Shown piece by piece: positions 26,914 through 35,611 of a DNA stretch of 64,000 nucleotides. The position numbers were made by a program, and so were the translations under genes. The stretch's first letter is position 1, and every line of letters starts with the position of its first letter. The notes under the pieces are model-generated. The model worked only from the letters and a program-made list of their open reading frames with translations. It was not told the DNA's origin and ran no database searches. This DNA comes from Bacteroidaceae bacterium. Its GTDB lineage: Bacteria; Bacteroidota; Bacteroidia; Bacteroidales; Bacteroidaceae. The stretch lies in the NCBI GenBank assembly GCA_045616065.1, contig JAZLFZ010000076.1:20216-84215 (forward strand), read 5' to 3'.

Positions 26914-27039
26914 CAGGTTGCTCCCGTAAAGAGCCATATTAACTGTATGCCGTGCATTCATTTCTTGACCTGATTCGTTTTTTTTGCCCTGGCGAGTTGT
27001 TTTTCTTTGCTCCGATAGCAGATTTTCGAATTTTCTTCG

Positions 27040-27047
27040 TATCTTTG
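27040..27047 (+). promoter_or_regulatory. -7 box TATCTTTG for carB
   Basis: tatctttg lies 93 nt upstream of the ATG at 27140. Confidence 0.5.
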
Positions 27048-27139
27048 CACAATTTTAGGCGGTGCATAGGTTTTTATGCCGTGTAGCATGCGCCTCACGA
27101 CACATCGACGCATTTAACCAATAATATTACATTCACTCA

Positions 27140-30100
27140 ATGAAAAAGCAACTCAAGAAAGTACTTGTGCTGGGTTCTGGCGCACTTAAGATTGGCCAGG
27201 CCGGTGAGTTCGACTATTCTGGTAGTCAGGCGCTGAAAGCCCTTCGTGAAGAGGGCATCAAGAGCGTGCTCATCAACCCCAACGTAGCAACTATTCAGAC
27301 CAGCGAAGGTATTGCTGACAAGGTTTATTTCCTGCCAGTGACACCTTTTTTTGTGACTGAAATCATCAAGAAGGAGCGTCCCGACGGCATTATGCTGGCA
27401 TGGGGCGGACAGACCGGTCTGAACGTGGGTACGGCCCTTTACCAGACGGGCGTGCTCAAGGAGTACGGCGTTGACGTGCTGGGTACGTCCGTAGAGGCCA
27501 TCATGAACACCGAGGACCGCGACCTCTTCGTGCAGGAACTCAACAAGGTTGACCTCAAGGTGCCCGTGAGTGAGGCTTGCGAGACCATGGAGGCTGCCGT
27601 GGCTGCTGCCCGCAAGATTGGCTATCCCATTATGATCCGTTCGGCATACGCGCTGGGCGGTCTGGGTTCGGGTGTGTGTCCCGACGAGCAGACTTTCAAG
27701 GAGATTGCCGAGTCGGCCTTCACCTTCGCTCCCCAGGTATTGGTGGAGGAGAGCCTCAAGGGCTGGAAGGAGATTGAGTTCGAGTGCATCCGCGATGCCA
27801 ACGACCACTGCTTCACCGTGGCCAGCATGGAAAACTTCGACCCCCTGGGTATCCACACGGGTGAGAGTATCGTAGTAGCTCCCACCTGTTCGCTCACCGA
27901 TGAGCAGGTCAAGATGCTGCAGGAGATTACTGTGAAGTGTGTGCGTCACCTTAACATCGTGGGAGAGTGCAACATACAGTTCGCCTTCAACGCCGTTACC
28001 AACGACTATCGTATCATCGAGATCAATGCTCGTTTGAGCCGTTCATCTGCCCTCGCTTCCAAGGCTACCGGTTATCCTCTGGCCTTCGTGGCTGCCAAGA
28101 TTGCCTTGGGTTATACCCTCGACCAGATTGGCGAGATGGGCACTACCAACTCGGCATACGTAGCTCCTTCGCTCGACTACATGATCTGTAAGATTCCTCG
28201 TTGGGACCTCACCAAGTTTGCCGGCGTAAGCCACAAACTGGGCTCCAGCATGAAGTCGGTCGGCGAGATTATGTCCATCGGTCGCTCTTTCGAGGAGATG
28301 CTGCAGAAGGGTCTGCGTATGATAGGCCAGGGTATGCATGGCTTTGTGGGCAATGACCATACTAAGTTCGACAACCTCGACGAGGAACTGGCCAACCCCA
28401 CCGACCTTCGCATCTTCGCCATCGCACAGGCTCTGGAGGAGGGCTATACTGTGGAGCGTATTGAGGAGCTCACCAAGATCGATCCCTGGTTCATCGAGCG
28501 CATGAAGAACATCGTGGACTTCAAGCATAAGCTTGAGGGATACAACAAACTGGAGGACCTCTCAGCCGACGTGATGCGTGAGGCTAAGATTCTTGGATTC
28601 AGCGATTTCCAGATTGCACGGTTCGTCCTGAAGCCTCAGGATGGTAACATGGAGAAGGAGAACCTCGCTGTGCGTGCTTATCGTAAGGGCTTGGGCATCT
28701 TGCCCGCCGTAAAGCGCATCCCCACCGTGGCAAGCGAGCATCCCGAGCTGACCAACTACCTCTACATGACATACGCTGTTGAGGGTTACGACATCAACTA
28801 TTATAATAATGAGAAGTCTGTCATCGTGCTCGGTTCGGGTGCCTATCGCATCGGCTCCAGCGTTGAGTTCGACTGGTGTTCGGTCAATGCCGTCACCACG
28901 GCTCGCAAGCTGGGCTACAAGAGCATCATGATCAACTATAACCCCGAGACTGTGTCAACCGACTATGACATGTGCGACCGTCTCTACTTCGACGAGCTGA
29001 GCTTCGAGCGTGTACTCGACGTTATCGACCTGGAGAGTCCTCGTGGTGTCATCGTCAGCGTGGGTGGACAGATTCCCAACAACCTGGCCATGAAGCTGCA
29101 TCGTCAGAGTGTGGCCATCCTGGGAACCTCGCCCGTCAGCATCGACCGCGCCGAGAACCGTGGCAAGTTCAGCGCCATGCTCGACCAGCTGGGCATCGAC
29201 CAGCCCAAGTGGAGTGCCTTGACTTCAATGGACGACGTCAAGAAGTTCATCGACGAGGTGGGCTATCCCGTACTGGTTCGTCCTTCATACGTCCTCTCGG
29301 GCGCTGCCATGAATGTCTGCTACAACGACGAGGAACTGGAGCGTTTCCTCGCTGCTGCCAGCGAAGTCAGCAAGGAGTATCCCGTCGTCATCTCTCAGTT
29401 CATGACCGAGACCAACGAGATCGAGTTCGACGGTGTGGCTCAGTGTGGCGAGATTGTCGAATACGGCATCTCTGAGCATGTCGAGTACGCCGGTGTTCAC
29501 TCAGGCGACGCCACCATGACCTTCCCCGCTCAGCAGATCAGCTTTGCTACGATGCGTCAGATTAAGAAGATCTCGCGTGCCATTGCCAAGGAGCTCAACA
29601 TCAGCGGTCCCTTCAATATCCAGTATCTGGCCAAGGGACGCAGCGTGAAGGTTATCGAGTGCAACCTCCGTGCCAGCCGTTCGTTCCCCTTCGTCAGCAA
29701 GGTGCTCAAGCGTAACCTCATCGAGACTGCTACCCGCATCATGCTCGATGCTCCCTTCCAGAAGGCCGAGAAGAGTGTCTTCGACATCGATCGTATGGGT
29801 GTCAAGGCCAGCCAGTTCTCCTTCAACCGTCTGCAGAATGCCGACCCCGTCCTTGGCGTTGACATGAGTTCTACCGGCGAGGTTGGTTGCATTGGCGACA
29901 CCTTCCAGGAGGCTCTCCTGAACTCAATGATTGCCACCGGATATAAGATTCCCTCAAAGGATAAGGGCATCATGATCAGCAGCGGCAGTGCGAAGGAGAA
30001 GGCGTCTATGCTCGATGCTGCCATCGCACTTGACAAGGCTGGCTACACAGTTTACGCCTCCGAGGGTACGGCTGACTACCTGAATGCCAACGGAGCCAAG

Positions 30101-30370
30101 GCAGTTGCCGTGTCATGGCCTGATGAGAACCATCCTGAGCGTGAGAACGTAATGCAGATGATCAGCGAGCACAAGTTCGATCTCATCGTCAATATCCCCA
30201 AGAACCACAGCAATCGCGAGTTGACCAATGGTTACAAGATTCGTCGTGGTGCTATTGACCACAACATTCCTCTTATCACCAACGCTCGTCTGGCAAGCGC
30301 CTTCATCGAGGCTTTCTGCGAGATGGGTATGCAGGACTTGCAGATCAAGAGCTGGCAGGATTATGAATAA
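27140..30370 (+). CDS. carB: Carbamoyl-phosphate synthase large subunit
   Basis: 1076 aa with duplicated ATP-grasp halves (KKVLVLGSGALKIGQAGEFDYSGSQA and SVIVLGSGAYRIGSSVEFDWC), an oligomerisation domain and a C-terminal MGS-like domain. Confidence 0.97.
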   Translation: MKKQLKKVLVLGSGALKIGQAGEFDYSGSQALKALREEGIKSVLINPNVATIQTSEGIADKVYFLPVTPFFVTEIIKKERPDGIMLAWGGQTGLNVGTALYQTGVLKEYGVDVLGTSVEAIMNTEDRDLFVQELNKVDLKVPVSEACETMEAAVAAARKIGYPIMIRSAYALGGLGSGVCPDEQTFKEIAESAFTFAPQVLVEESLKGWKEIEFECIRDANDHCFTVASMENFDPLGIHTGESIVVAPTCSLTDEQVKMLQEITVKCVRHLNIVGECNIQFAFNAVTNDYRIIEINARLSRSSALASKATGYPLAFVAAKIALGYTLDQIGEMGTTNSAYVAPSLDYMICKIPRWDLTKFAGVSHKLGSSMKSVGEIMSIGRSFEEMLQKGLRMIGQGMHGFVGNDHTKFDNLDEELANPTDLRIFAIAQALEEGYTVERIEELTKIDPWFIERMKNIVDFKHKLEGYNKLEDLSADVMREAKILGFSDFQIARFVLKPQDGNMEKENLAVRAYRKGLGILPAVKRIPTVASEHPELTNYLYMTYAVEGYDINYYNNEKSVIVLGSGAYRIGSSVEFDWCSVNAVTTARKLGYKSIMINYNPETVSTDYDMCDRLYFDELSFERVLDVIDLESPRGVIVSVGGQIPNNLAMKLHRQSVAILGTSPVSIDRAENRGKFSAMLDQLGIDQPKWSALTSMDDVKKFIDEVGYPVLVRPSYVLSGAAMNVCYNDEELERFLAAASEVSKEYPVVISQFMTETNEIEFDGVAQCGEIVEYGISEHVEYAGVHSGDATMTFPAQQISFATMRQIKKISRAIAKELNISGPFNIQYLAKGRSVKVIECNLRASRSFPFVSKVLKRNLIETATRIMLDAPFQKAEKSVFDIDRMGVKASQFSFNRLQNADPVLGVDMSSTGEVGCIGDTFQEALLNSMIATGYKIPSKDKGIMISSGSAKEKASMLDAAIALDKAGYTVYASEGTADYLNANGAKAVAVSWPDENHPERENVMQMISEHKFDLIVNIPKNHSNRELTNGYKIRRGAIDHNIPLITNARLASAFIEAFCEMGMQDLQIKSWQDYE

Positions 30371-30397
30371 TCATCGTCTCTTTCAGACGAACAATAT

Positions 30398-30437
30398 GCA
30401 GAAAGATGCACTTTCGAGTGCATCTTTCTGCTTTTTT
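30398..30437 (+). terminator. Rho-independent terminator of carB
   Basis: Stem gcagaaagatgcac / gtgcatctttctgc followed by tttttt. Confidence 0.85.
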
Positions 30438-30622
30438 GTTTTCTATTTTTGAAGTTTTCCTTCTTTTCTGCAGTATTTGATGTAATTTTGTTACAATTAT
30501 ATATCCTTGATATTCAGATATGTCAATTGTATATGTTACGAAATTGATATTTTCTGTATCGCTTAATTTCATCTGTGACAACGAATGTTACATGCCTGTT
30601 TGTCTGACTTCTGTTTTCTTTG

Positions 30623-30630
30623 TACCTTTG
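30623..30630 (+). promoter_or_regulatory. -7 box TACCTTTG driving a short non-annotated transcript
   Basis: tacctttg has no long ORF downstream. A terminator lies ~160 nt downstream. Confidence 0.4.
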
Positions 30631-30636
30631 CAGCGT

Positions 30637-30822
30637 AAAAGAAGAACAAACGCAATCGCTTACATCACAACGTAGGTTGTTTTAAGGTTATCTTTGTAAG
30701 CGGTATACGAATGAATTTGGTTAGTTTAAAGTTAGTATTAAGGTTAGTTAGTTTAAATTTTCATGGTTAGGTTCTACTAAAGAAAATTGAAATGCCTCTG
30801 TTGTGAAACAGGGGCATTTTCG
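30637..30822 (+). ncRNA. Candidate small RNA or leader transcript (promoter-to-terminator unit of about 190 nt)
   Basis: Bounded by the -7 box at 30623-30630 and hairpin aatgcctctgtt-gtga-aacaggggcatt plus T-run (30791-30822). An internal 8-bp stem pairs cgcttaca (30657-30664) with tgtaagcg (30695-30702). There are GGTTAGTTTAAA direct repeats and a 19-codon ORF at 30711-30770. No known RNA family recognised. Confidence 0.3.
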
Positions 30823-30865
30823 TTACTACTGATTCGTTTTGATTTCGTTACTACTGATTCGTTTT
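30819..30865 (+). repeat. Perfect 22-nt direct repeat x2 (ttcgttactactgattcgtttt), 25-nt period
   Basis: Copies at 30819-30840 and 30844-30865, immediately after the candidate terminator. Confidence 0.9.
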
Positions 30866-30920
30866 TACAGATTGGTTTGTCTCATGTGCACTTTGCAACT
30901 GGTTTGCAAAAGAAAGTCCG

Positions 30921-30928
30921 TACCTTTG
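30921..30928 (+). promoter_or_regulatory. -7 box TACCTTTG for the metal permease gene, overlapping palindrome TTTGCA-C-TGCAAA
   Basis: tacctttg lies 88 nt upstream of the ATG at 31016. The palindrome spans 30925-30937. Confidence 0.5.
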
Positions 30929-31015
30929 CACTGCAAAACAAGAAAAGTGTGTTCCGCGTTTTGCAACTCGTGAGACTAATATGAGTATTGTATTATTTAT
31001 AATTTATGGTATGCC

Positions 31016-32401
31016 ATGCATGAGATAGTTCATTTGATAAACGAGATGTCGCCTTACCTGCTGCTGGGCTTTCTGCTGGCAGGTTTGATGCATGTGTTTA
31101 TTCCGGGCACGTACTACCACAAGTATCTGTCGACCCATAGTTTCCGGAGTGTTATCAATGCCGCACTCTTCGGCATACCTTTGCCACTTTGTTCGTGTGG
31201 CGTAATACCTACGGCCATGTCGCTCCGCAAGGAGGGAGCCTCGAAGGGTGCTGTGGCCAGCTTCCTTATCGCCACGCCGCAGACGGGTGTCGACAGCATC
31301 GTGGCCACGTTCAGCCTGATGGGTCTTCCGTTTGCCATCGTGCGTCCGCTGGCAGCTCTTTTCACAGCTGTGTTTGGTGGTCAGATGGTCAATATGTTTG
31401 GCGATAAGGATTCGGCAGAGGTGGTACATGTTACGGCGCACAGTCATCATCATGATTGTGAGGTGCATGTTGAGCACGAGACTCTGTTCCTGCGGTTGAA
31501 GGAGGCGCTCGAATACGCTTACCTGGAAATGATGGAGGACATTGGTAAGTGGCTTGTCATCGGCCTTGTGGTGGCTGGATTGATTACCGTCTTTGTGCCT
31601 ACCGAGTTCTTCGCTGTCTTCCAGGGTAATACGCTGGCCAGCATGCTGCTTGTCCTCCTGATAGCATTACCCATGTACCTGTGTGCCACGGGCAGCATAC
31701 CCATTGCTGTGGCACTCATGATGAAGGGCTTGACGCCCGGTGCTGCCCTGGTGTTGCTGATGGCGGGTCCTGCCTGCAACTTTGCTTCTATTTTGATTAT
31801 TAATAAGGTTCTGGGACGCCGCACCCTCATAACTTACCTTTGCAGCATCGTCCTTGGTGCAGTCTTGTTCGGCGTAGGCATCGACTTCCTGCAGTTTCAT
31901 GGCATCGTGGACTTTCTGCAACATCTCACCTACGAGAAGCAGTGTTGCATGGAAGGCGATGGTTGGTTTGCCTGGTTCTGCACCATCTTGCTTGCGCTGA
32001 TGCTCATCAATGCCATTGTGTTGCCCAAACTCGGGCTGCGTAAGGCACATTGCCATTGCGGTTGTCACGACGACTCCTGCGGTTGCCATGACGACCATTG
32101 CGGTTGTCACGACGACCATTGCGGTTGTCACGACGACTCTTGCGGTTGCCATGACGATCATTGCGATTGTCGCGACAAAGTGAAAAGTGAGACTGTAGCG
32201 CCTATACATATTTATATTATAGAGGGCATGAACTGCAATCACTGCCGTTCGGCAGCCGAGAAAGCTCTGACAGCAGTAGAAGGCGTGGAGAAAGTGAGTG
32301 TGGAGCTCGCTACGAAGCAGGCTCACATCGTGGGACAAGCCGATTTCGAATCACTCGCGCAGGCAGTGGGGGATATAGGTTTCACGCTATTGAAGCAATA
32401 G
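31016..32401 (+). CDS. Permease-family (ArsP/SO_0444-like) putative Cu/Zn transporter with Cys/His heptad array and C-terminal HMA domain
   Basis: 461 aa and polytopic, with CSCG (LPLCSCGVIP) and His-rich loops (HSHHHDCEVHVEHE). A CGCHDD(S/H) x5 array is followed by an HMA domain (GMNCNHCRSAAEKALTAVEGVEKVSVEL). Confidence 0.8.
   Translation: MHEIVHLINEMSPYLLLGFLLAGLMHVFIPGTYYHKYLSTHSFRSVINAALFGIPLPLCSCGVIPTAMSLRKEGASKGAVASFLIATPQTGVDSIVATFSLMGLPFAIVRPLAALFTAVFGGQMVNMFGDKDSAEVVHVTAHSHHHDCEVHVEHETLFLRLKEALEYAYLEMMEDIGKWLVIGLVVAGLITVFVPTEFFAVFQGNTLASMLLVLLIALPMYLCATGSIPIAVALMMKGLTPGAALVLLMAGPACNFASILIINKVLGRRTLITYLCSIVLGAVLFGVGIDFLQFHGIVDFLQHLTYEKQCCMEGDGWFAWFCTILLALMLINAIVLPKLGLRKAHCHCGCHDDSCGCHDDHCGCHDDHCGCHDDSCGCHDDHCDCRDKVKSETVAPIHIYIIEGMNCNHCRSAAEKALTAVEGVEKVSVELATKQAHIVGQADFESLAQAVGDIGFTLLKQ
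32048..32176 (+). repeat. 21-nt tandem coding repeat (tgcggttg(t/c)ca(c/t)gacga(c/t)nnn) x5 plus partial units
   Basis: Encodes HCHCGCHDDSCGCHDDHCGCHDDHCGCHDDSCGCHDDHCDCRDK. Confidence 0.9.
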
Positions 32402-32452
32402 TCAAGCGATGCTTCTGGGTTAGTGTTACTATTCTTGCTTATTACTGCGGAA

Positions 32453-32480
32453 CTGCACAAAAGTTGAGTGATTTGTGCAG
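32453..32480 (+). terminator. Hairpin downstream of the permease gene (possible terminator)
   Basis: 9-bp stem ctgcacaaa / tttgtgcag with a 10-nt loop. The trailing sequence atttgcgcattt is only moderately T-rich. Confidence 0.4.
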
Positions 32481-32549
32481 ATTTGCGCATTTAGTGGTGT
32501 GTTTGTGCAAATTTATCGTGTTTTTCTTGCAAGATAATCTAATTTGGTT

Positions 32550-32557
32550 TACCTTTG
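32550..32557 (+). promoter_or_regulatory. -7 box TACCTTTG for the FadL-like gene
   Basis: Its position argues against the ORF-track start at 32573 and for the MQKKS start at 32609. Confidence 0.45.
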
Positions 32558-32608
32558 CGTTGATTTCGAACAATGAAACCAACAAATAAACCAAAAGGTA
32601 AAGAGATT

Positions 32609-34081
32609 ATGCAGAAAAAATCTATTGTTCTCATGGCTGCAGTAGCTATGAGTAGTGTGAATGCGCTGGCCGGCGGTCTGCTGACCAACACCAACCAGAA
32701 CGCTGCCTACGTACGTCAGATGTCGCAGAATGGTGTAATGGGACTCGAAGGTCTGTACGCCAATCCTGCCGGTACTGCCTTCCTTAGCAGGGGCTGGCAC
32801 TTGTCGCTCAACAGCCAAAGTGCCTGGCAAGAGCGTAACATTGCCACGACATTCCCCCTATTTGCTTTCAACGCCAACGATCCTGGCAACGCCACCCATG
32901 CGTTTACTGGTAAGGCTTCGGCTCCCGTCATCCCCTCATTTTCCTTGTCATACAATCAGGACAAGTGGAGCGTCAACGCGCATTTCGGCCTCATTGGCGG
33001 TGGCGGTAAGCTCACTTTCGAGAAGGGGCTCGGTTCGTTCGAGGCCTTGGTGGGAGGCAATATCGCCACCGGCATCATCCAGAACATTGCCACTGGTTAT
33101 GCACAGCAGGCCATACCTCAATACATGTCACAGGGTCTGACCCTGGAGCAGGCACAGGCCGCTGTGGCAGGTCCGGCTCAGGAGTACGCCATGAATGCTT
33201 TTGGCAGCAGCCCCACCACCTACCTGAAGGGCTATAATGTGAACTCGAAGATGGTAGGCACGTCCTATTACTTCGGTTTGCAGATTGGCGGTACCTACAA
33301 GATAACCAACAACCTTGCAGCCTTCGTGGGCTTGCGTGGTGTCTATGGTTCGTGCAACTACAATGGTTATGTGGCCGACATCCAGTACAATACAGCTGCG
33401 GGTCCCGGTTCGGCACCCAACATCGAACTGGATTGTGACCAGTCAGCCTTCGGTATTACTCCCATCATTGGCATTGACTGGAAGATCAACGAGCATTGGA
33501 ATGTAGCTGCTAAGTATGAGATTCCCACCATGATGAAGCTGAAGAACAAGAGTACGCTGAGTGCAGCGGCTCAGGTCATGGCCGCCGATCCTACCAGTCC
33601 CCTGTCGCAGTTTGCCGACGGAGCTACGGTGCGTGAGGATATCCCTGGCATTCTGGCTCTCGGTGCCCAGTACAGCCCTACGAAGTGCATCCGTCTGAAT
33701 GCTGGTGGTAACTACTATTTTGATAAGCAGGCCAAGAAGTTTGGCGACAAGCAGGAACTGCTCGACCACAATACGTGGGAAGTGAACGCCGGTTGTGAGG
33801 TTGACGTCTGCAAGTGGTTGACGATCAGTGCTTCTTGGCAGACCACTCAGTATGGATTGAGCGATGCTTCGATGAGCGATCTCAACTTCAACAACTCGAA
33901 CAATATGATTGGTGCAGGTCTGCGCATTCATGCTGTCAAGTGCCTGGATATCGATCTCGGTTACATGCATACGTTCTATCAGGACCGCACCGTTGTCAGC
34001 AAGACGGCCGTGGGCGACAAGACGGACGTCTATAGCCGCAAGAACGATGTGATCGGTGTAGGTGTAACGCTTAACCTGTAA
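32609..34081 (+). CDS. Outer-membrane transport protein, FadL/TodX-like (tentative)
   Basis: The start is taken at MQKKSIVLMAAVAMSSVNALA (signal peptide). The N-terminal plug-like GGLLTNTNQNAAYVRQMSQNG...LYANPAG is followed by beta-strand periodicity, ending GVGVTLNL. Confidence 0.6.
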   Translation: MQKKSIVLMAAVAMSSVNALAGGLLTNTNQNAAYVRQMSQNGVMGLEGLYANPAGTAFLSRGWHLSLNSQSAWQERNIATTFPLFAFNANDPGNATHAFTGKASAPVIPSFSLSYNQDKWSVNAHFGLIGGGGKLTFEKGLGSFEALVGGNIATGIIQNIATGYAQQAIPQYMSQGLTLEQAQAAVAGPAQEYAMNAFGSSPTTYLKGYNVNSKMVGTSYYFGLQIGGTYKITNNLAAFVGLRGVYGSCNYNGYVADIQYNTAAGPGSAPNIELDCDQSAFGITPIIGIDWKINEHWNVAAKYEIPTMMKLKNKSTLSAAAQVMAADPTSPLSQFADGATVREDIPGILALGAQYSPTKCIRLNAGGNYYFDKQAKKFGDKQELLDHNTWEVNAGCEVDVCKWLTISASWQTTQYGLSDASMSDLNFNNSNNMIGAGLRIHAVKCLDIDLGYMHTFYQDRTVVSKTAVGDKTDVYSRKNDVIGVGVTLNL

Positions 34082-34121
34082 TCCGCATCTGCATAACAAA
34101 AACATAACAAACAAAACAACA

Positions 34122-34155
34122 ATGAGCCCCGAAACGAAGACGTTCCGGGGCTCAT
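34122..34155. terminator. Hairpin between convergent OMP genes
   Basis: Stem atgagcccc / ggggctcat. The flanks are not strongly T-rich on either strand. Confidence 0.45.
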
Positions 34156-34194
34156 GCTATTTAGGTTCAATTTCCTTTTGTCCAAAAGACTCGA

Positions 34195-34899
34195 TCAGAA
34201 GCGGTAGCCTACGCTGATGGTGGCACAGAAGTTGTGCAACTTGTCGAGCGTCTTACCGGGATTCAGCTTTGCGTAAGATTCACGAACGCTATCCTTGTAG
34301 AGGTCGGTGATGCCCCAGTCGAAGCCGAGGTTGAGGCTGTAGTGGTTCTCGAACTCGCCACCGATTAGGAATCCCAAACCGAAGTCGGTGCGTTGCGTAT
34401 CGTCGAACAATGATGATGAATCTGAAAAGTCTCTGTATCCGTCAACGTCCACTTTGATCTTCTGTTTTCCTGAAAGTCCCAGTGAGAAGTAAGGGCCAAA
34501 TTCTGCATAAACACCAAGCTTGTCGCTCAGGTTGTAGCGGAAACCTACGTGGATGGGTATCTGGATATAGTGTGTCTCCCAATTGTACGTGGCATTTATG
34601 GTTTCTCCGTATGGTGGAATGGGAAGCTTGTAACTGCCGTTGTGTGCTCCCTTCATCGTCCATGCAGCAGACGCATTGATGTAGGTTCCCAGTGCTCCAG
34701 GCAGCATATACTGACCCTTGATAGCCAATGTTCCACCAACTTTTGCGCCCAAATCAGCTTCTTTGGGAGCACCTGCGAGTGAACTGATGGTCATACCACC
34801 GCTCAGCTGAACCGACATGCCCGGTTCGGGCTCGTTGTCGATGGCAAATGCATTAGCTGCAAGCGAGACGGCCAGTGCAGTAATGAATAACTTCTTCAT
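34195..34899 (-). CDS. Small outer-membrane beta-barrel (porin-family / OmpW-like) protein
   Basis: 234 aa with signal peptide MKKLFITALAVSLAANAFA, alternating strands and a C-terminal ISVGYRF. Confidence 0.7.
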   Translation of the reverse strand: MKKLFITALAVSLAANAFAIDNEPEPGMSVQLSGGMTISSLAGAPKEADLGAKVGGTLAIKGQYMLPGALGTYINASAAWTMKGAHNGSYKLPIPPYGETINATYNWETHYIQIPIHVGFRYNLSDKLGVYAEFGPYFSLGLSGKQKIKVDVDGYRDFSDSSSLFDDTQRTDFGLGFLIGGEFENHYSLNLGFDWGITDLYKDSVRESYAKLNPGKTLDKLHNFCATISVGYRF

Positions 34900-34922
34900 A
34901 ATAAATGTATTTAAGGATGTTG

Positions 34923-35363
34923 TTACTTCTTTTCCTTCAAGAGGTCACGAATCTCGGTCAGTAGCTTCTCCTCTGCGCTGGGTTCGGGAGCGGGAGCAGG
35001 AGCTTCTTCTTCCTTCTTCTTGGTCATCTTGGTGATAGCCTTAACCATGAGGAAGATACAGAAGGCGATGATGATAAAGTCGAACACATCCTGCAGGAAC
35101 TGACCATAGTTCAGCATGACAGCCTCCTTGGCAGCCTCGACCTCTACGTCGCCGTCCATTACGGCAGGAACTGCCTCCTTGAGTGTGATGCTCAGCTTAG
35201 TGAAGTCCACACCGCCTACGAGCACACCGATGGGAGGCATGATGACGTTGGCCACTACCGAGCTTACAATCTTACCAAATGCACCACCGATGATAACACC
35301 GACAGCCATGTCAACCACGTTGCCCTTGAGAGCAAAAGCTTTAAATTCTTCGATAAATTTCAT
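34923..35363 (-). CDS. mscL: Large-conductance mechanosensitive channel
   Basis: 146 aa. [30 protein letters not shown] is the MscL TM1 signature. Confidence 0.93.
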   Translation of the reverse strand: MKFIEEFKAFALKGNVVDMAVGVIIGGAFGKIVSSVVANVIMPPIGVLVGGVDFTKLSITLKEAVPAVMDGDVEVEAAKEAVMLNYGQFLQDVFDFIIIAFCIFLMVKAITKMTKKKEEEAPAPAPEPSAEEKLLTEIRDLLKEKK

Positions 35364-35425
35364 AATAATGAGATAAAAAAGTTAAATTTTCCTTGTTTGA
35401 CGATGCGAAATTAAAAAGAATTTTG

Positions 35426-35433
35426 TAAATTTG
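35426..35433 (+). promoter_or_regulatory. -7 box TAAATTTG upstream of the mini-ORF and gap
   Basis: taaatttg lies 23 nt upstream of the ATG at 35456. No other TAnnTTTG box lies between here and gap. Confidence 0.4.
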
Positions 35434-35455
35434 CGCAGAAAATCAAAAAAAAGTG

Positions 35456-35545
35456 ATGAAAAGGACCATTTATTATATCATTTTGGGTGTTTCCGCACTC
35501 TTTTTGGTAGCGTGTCAGTCTGCTCATTACTGCAACTGCGGTTAG
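35456..35545 (+). CDS. Candidate 29-aa mini-lipoprotein (mature peptide CQSAHYCNCG)
   Basis: Below the ORF-track cutoff. My translation is MKRTIYYIILGVSALFLVACQSAHYCNCG-stop, a textbook signal peptide plus lipobox (LVAC) directly after a -7 box. Confidence 0.35.
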   Translation: MKRTIYYIILGVSALFLVACQSAHYCNCG

Positions 35546-35611
35546 TGCAGTGGGAAAATGATTTCGTGATTTATTAACTTAATAATTTAACTTTTTAATT
35601 ATTTACAACCA

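Noticed and set aside
30711-30770. Annotating the 19-codon Leu/Val-rich ORF as a real leader peptide gene
   Set aside because: It has no supporting conservation data and its sequence is largely a by-product of the GGTTAGTTTAAA nucleotide repeat. It is mentioned only as an alternative reading of the candidate sRNA.
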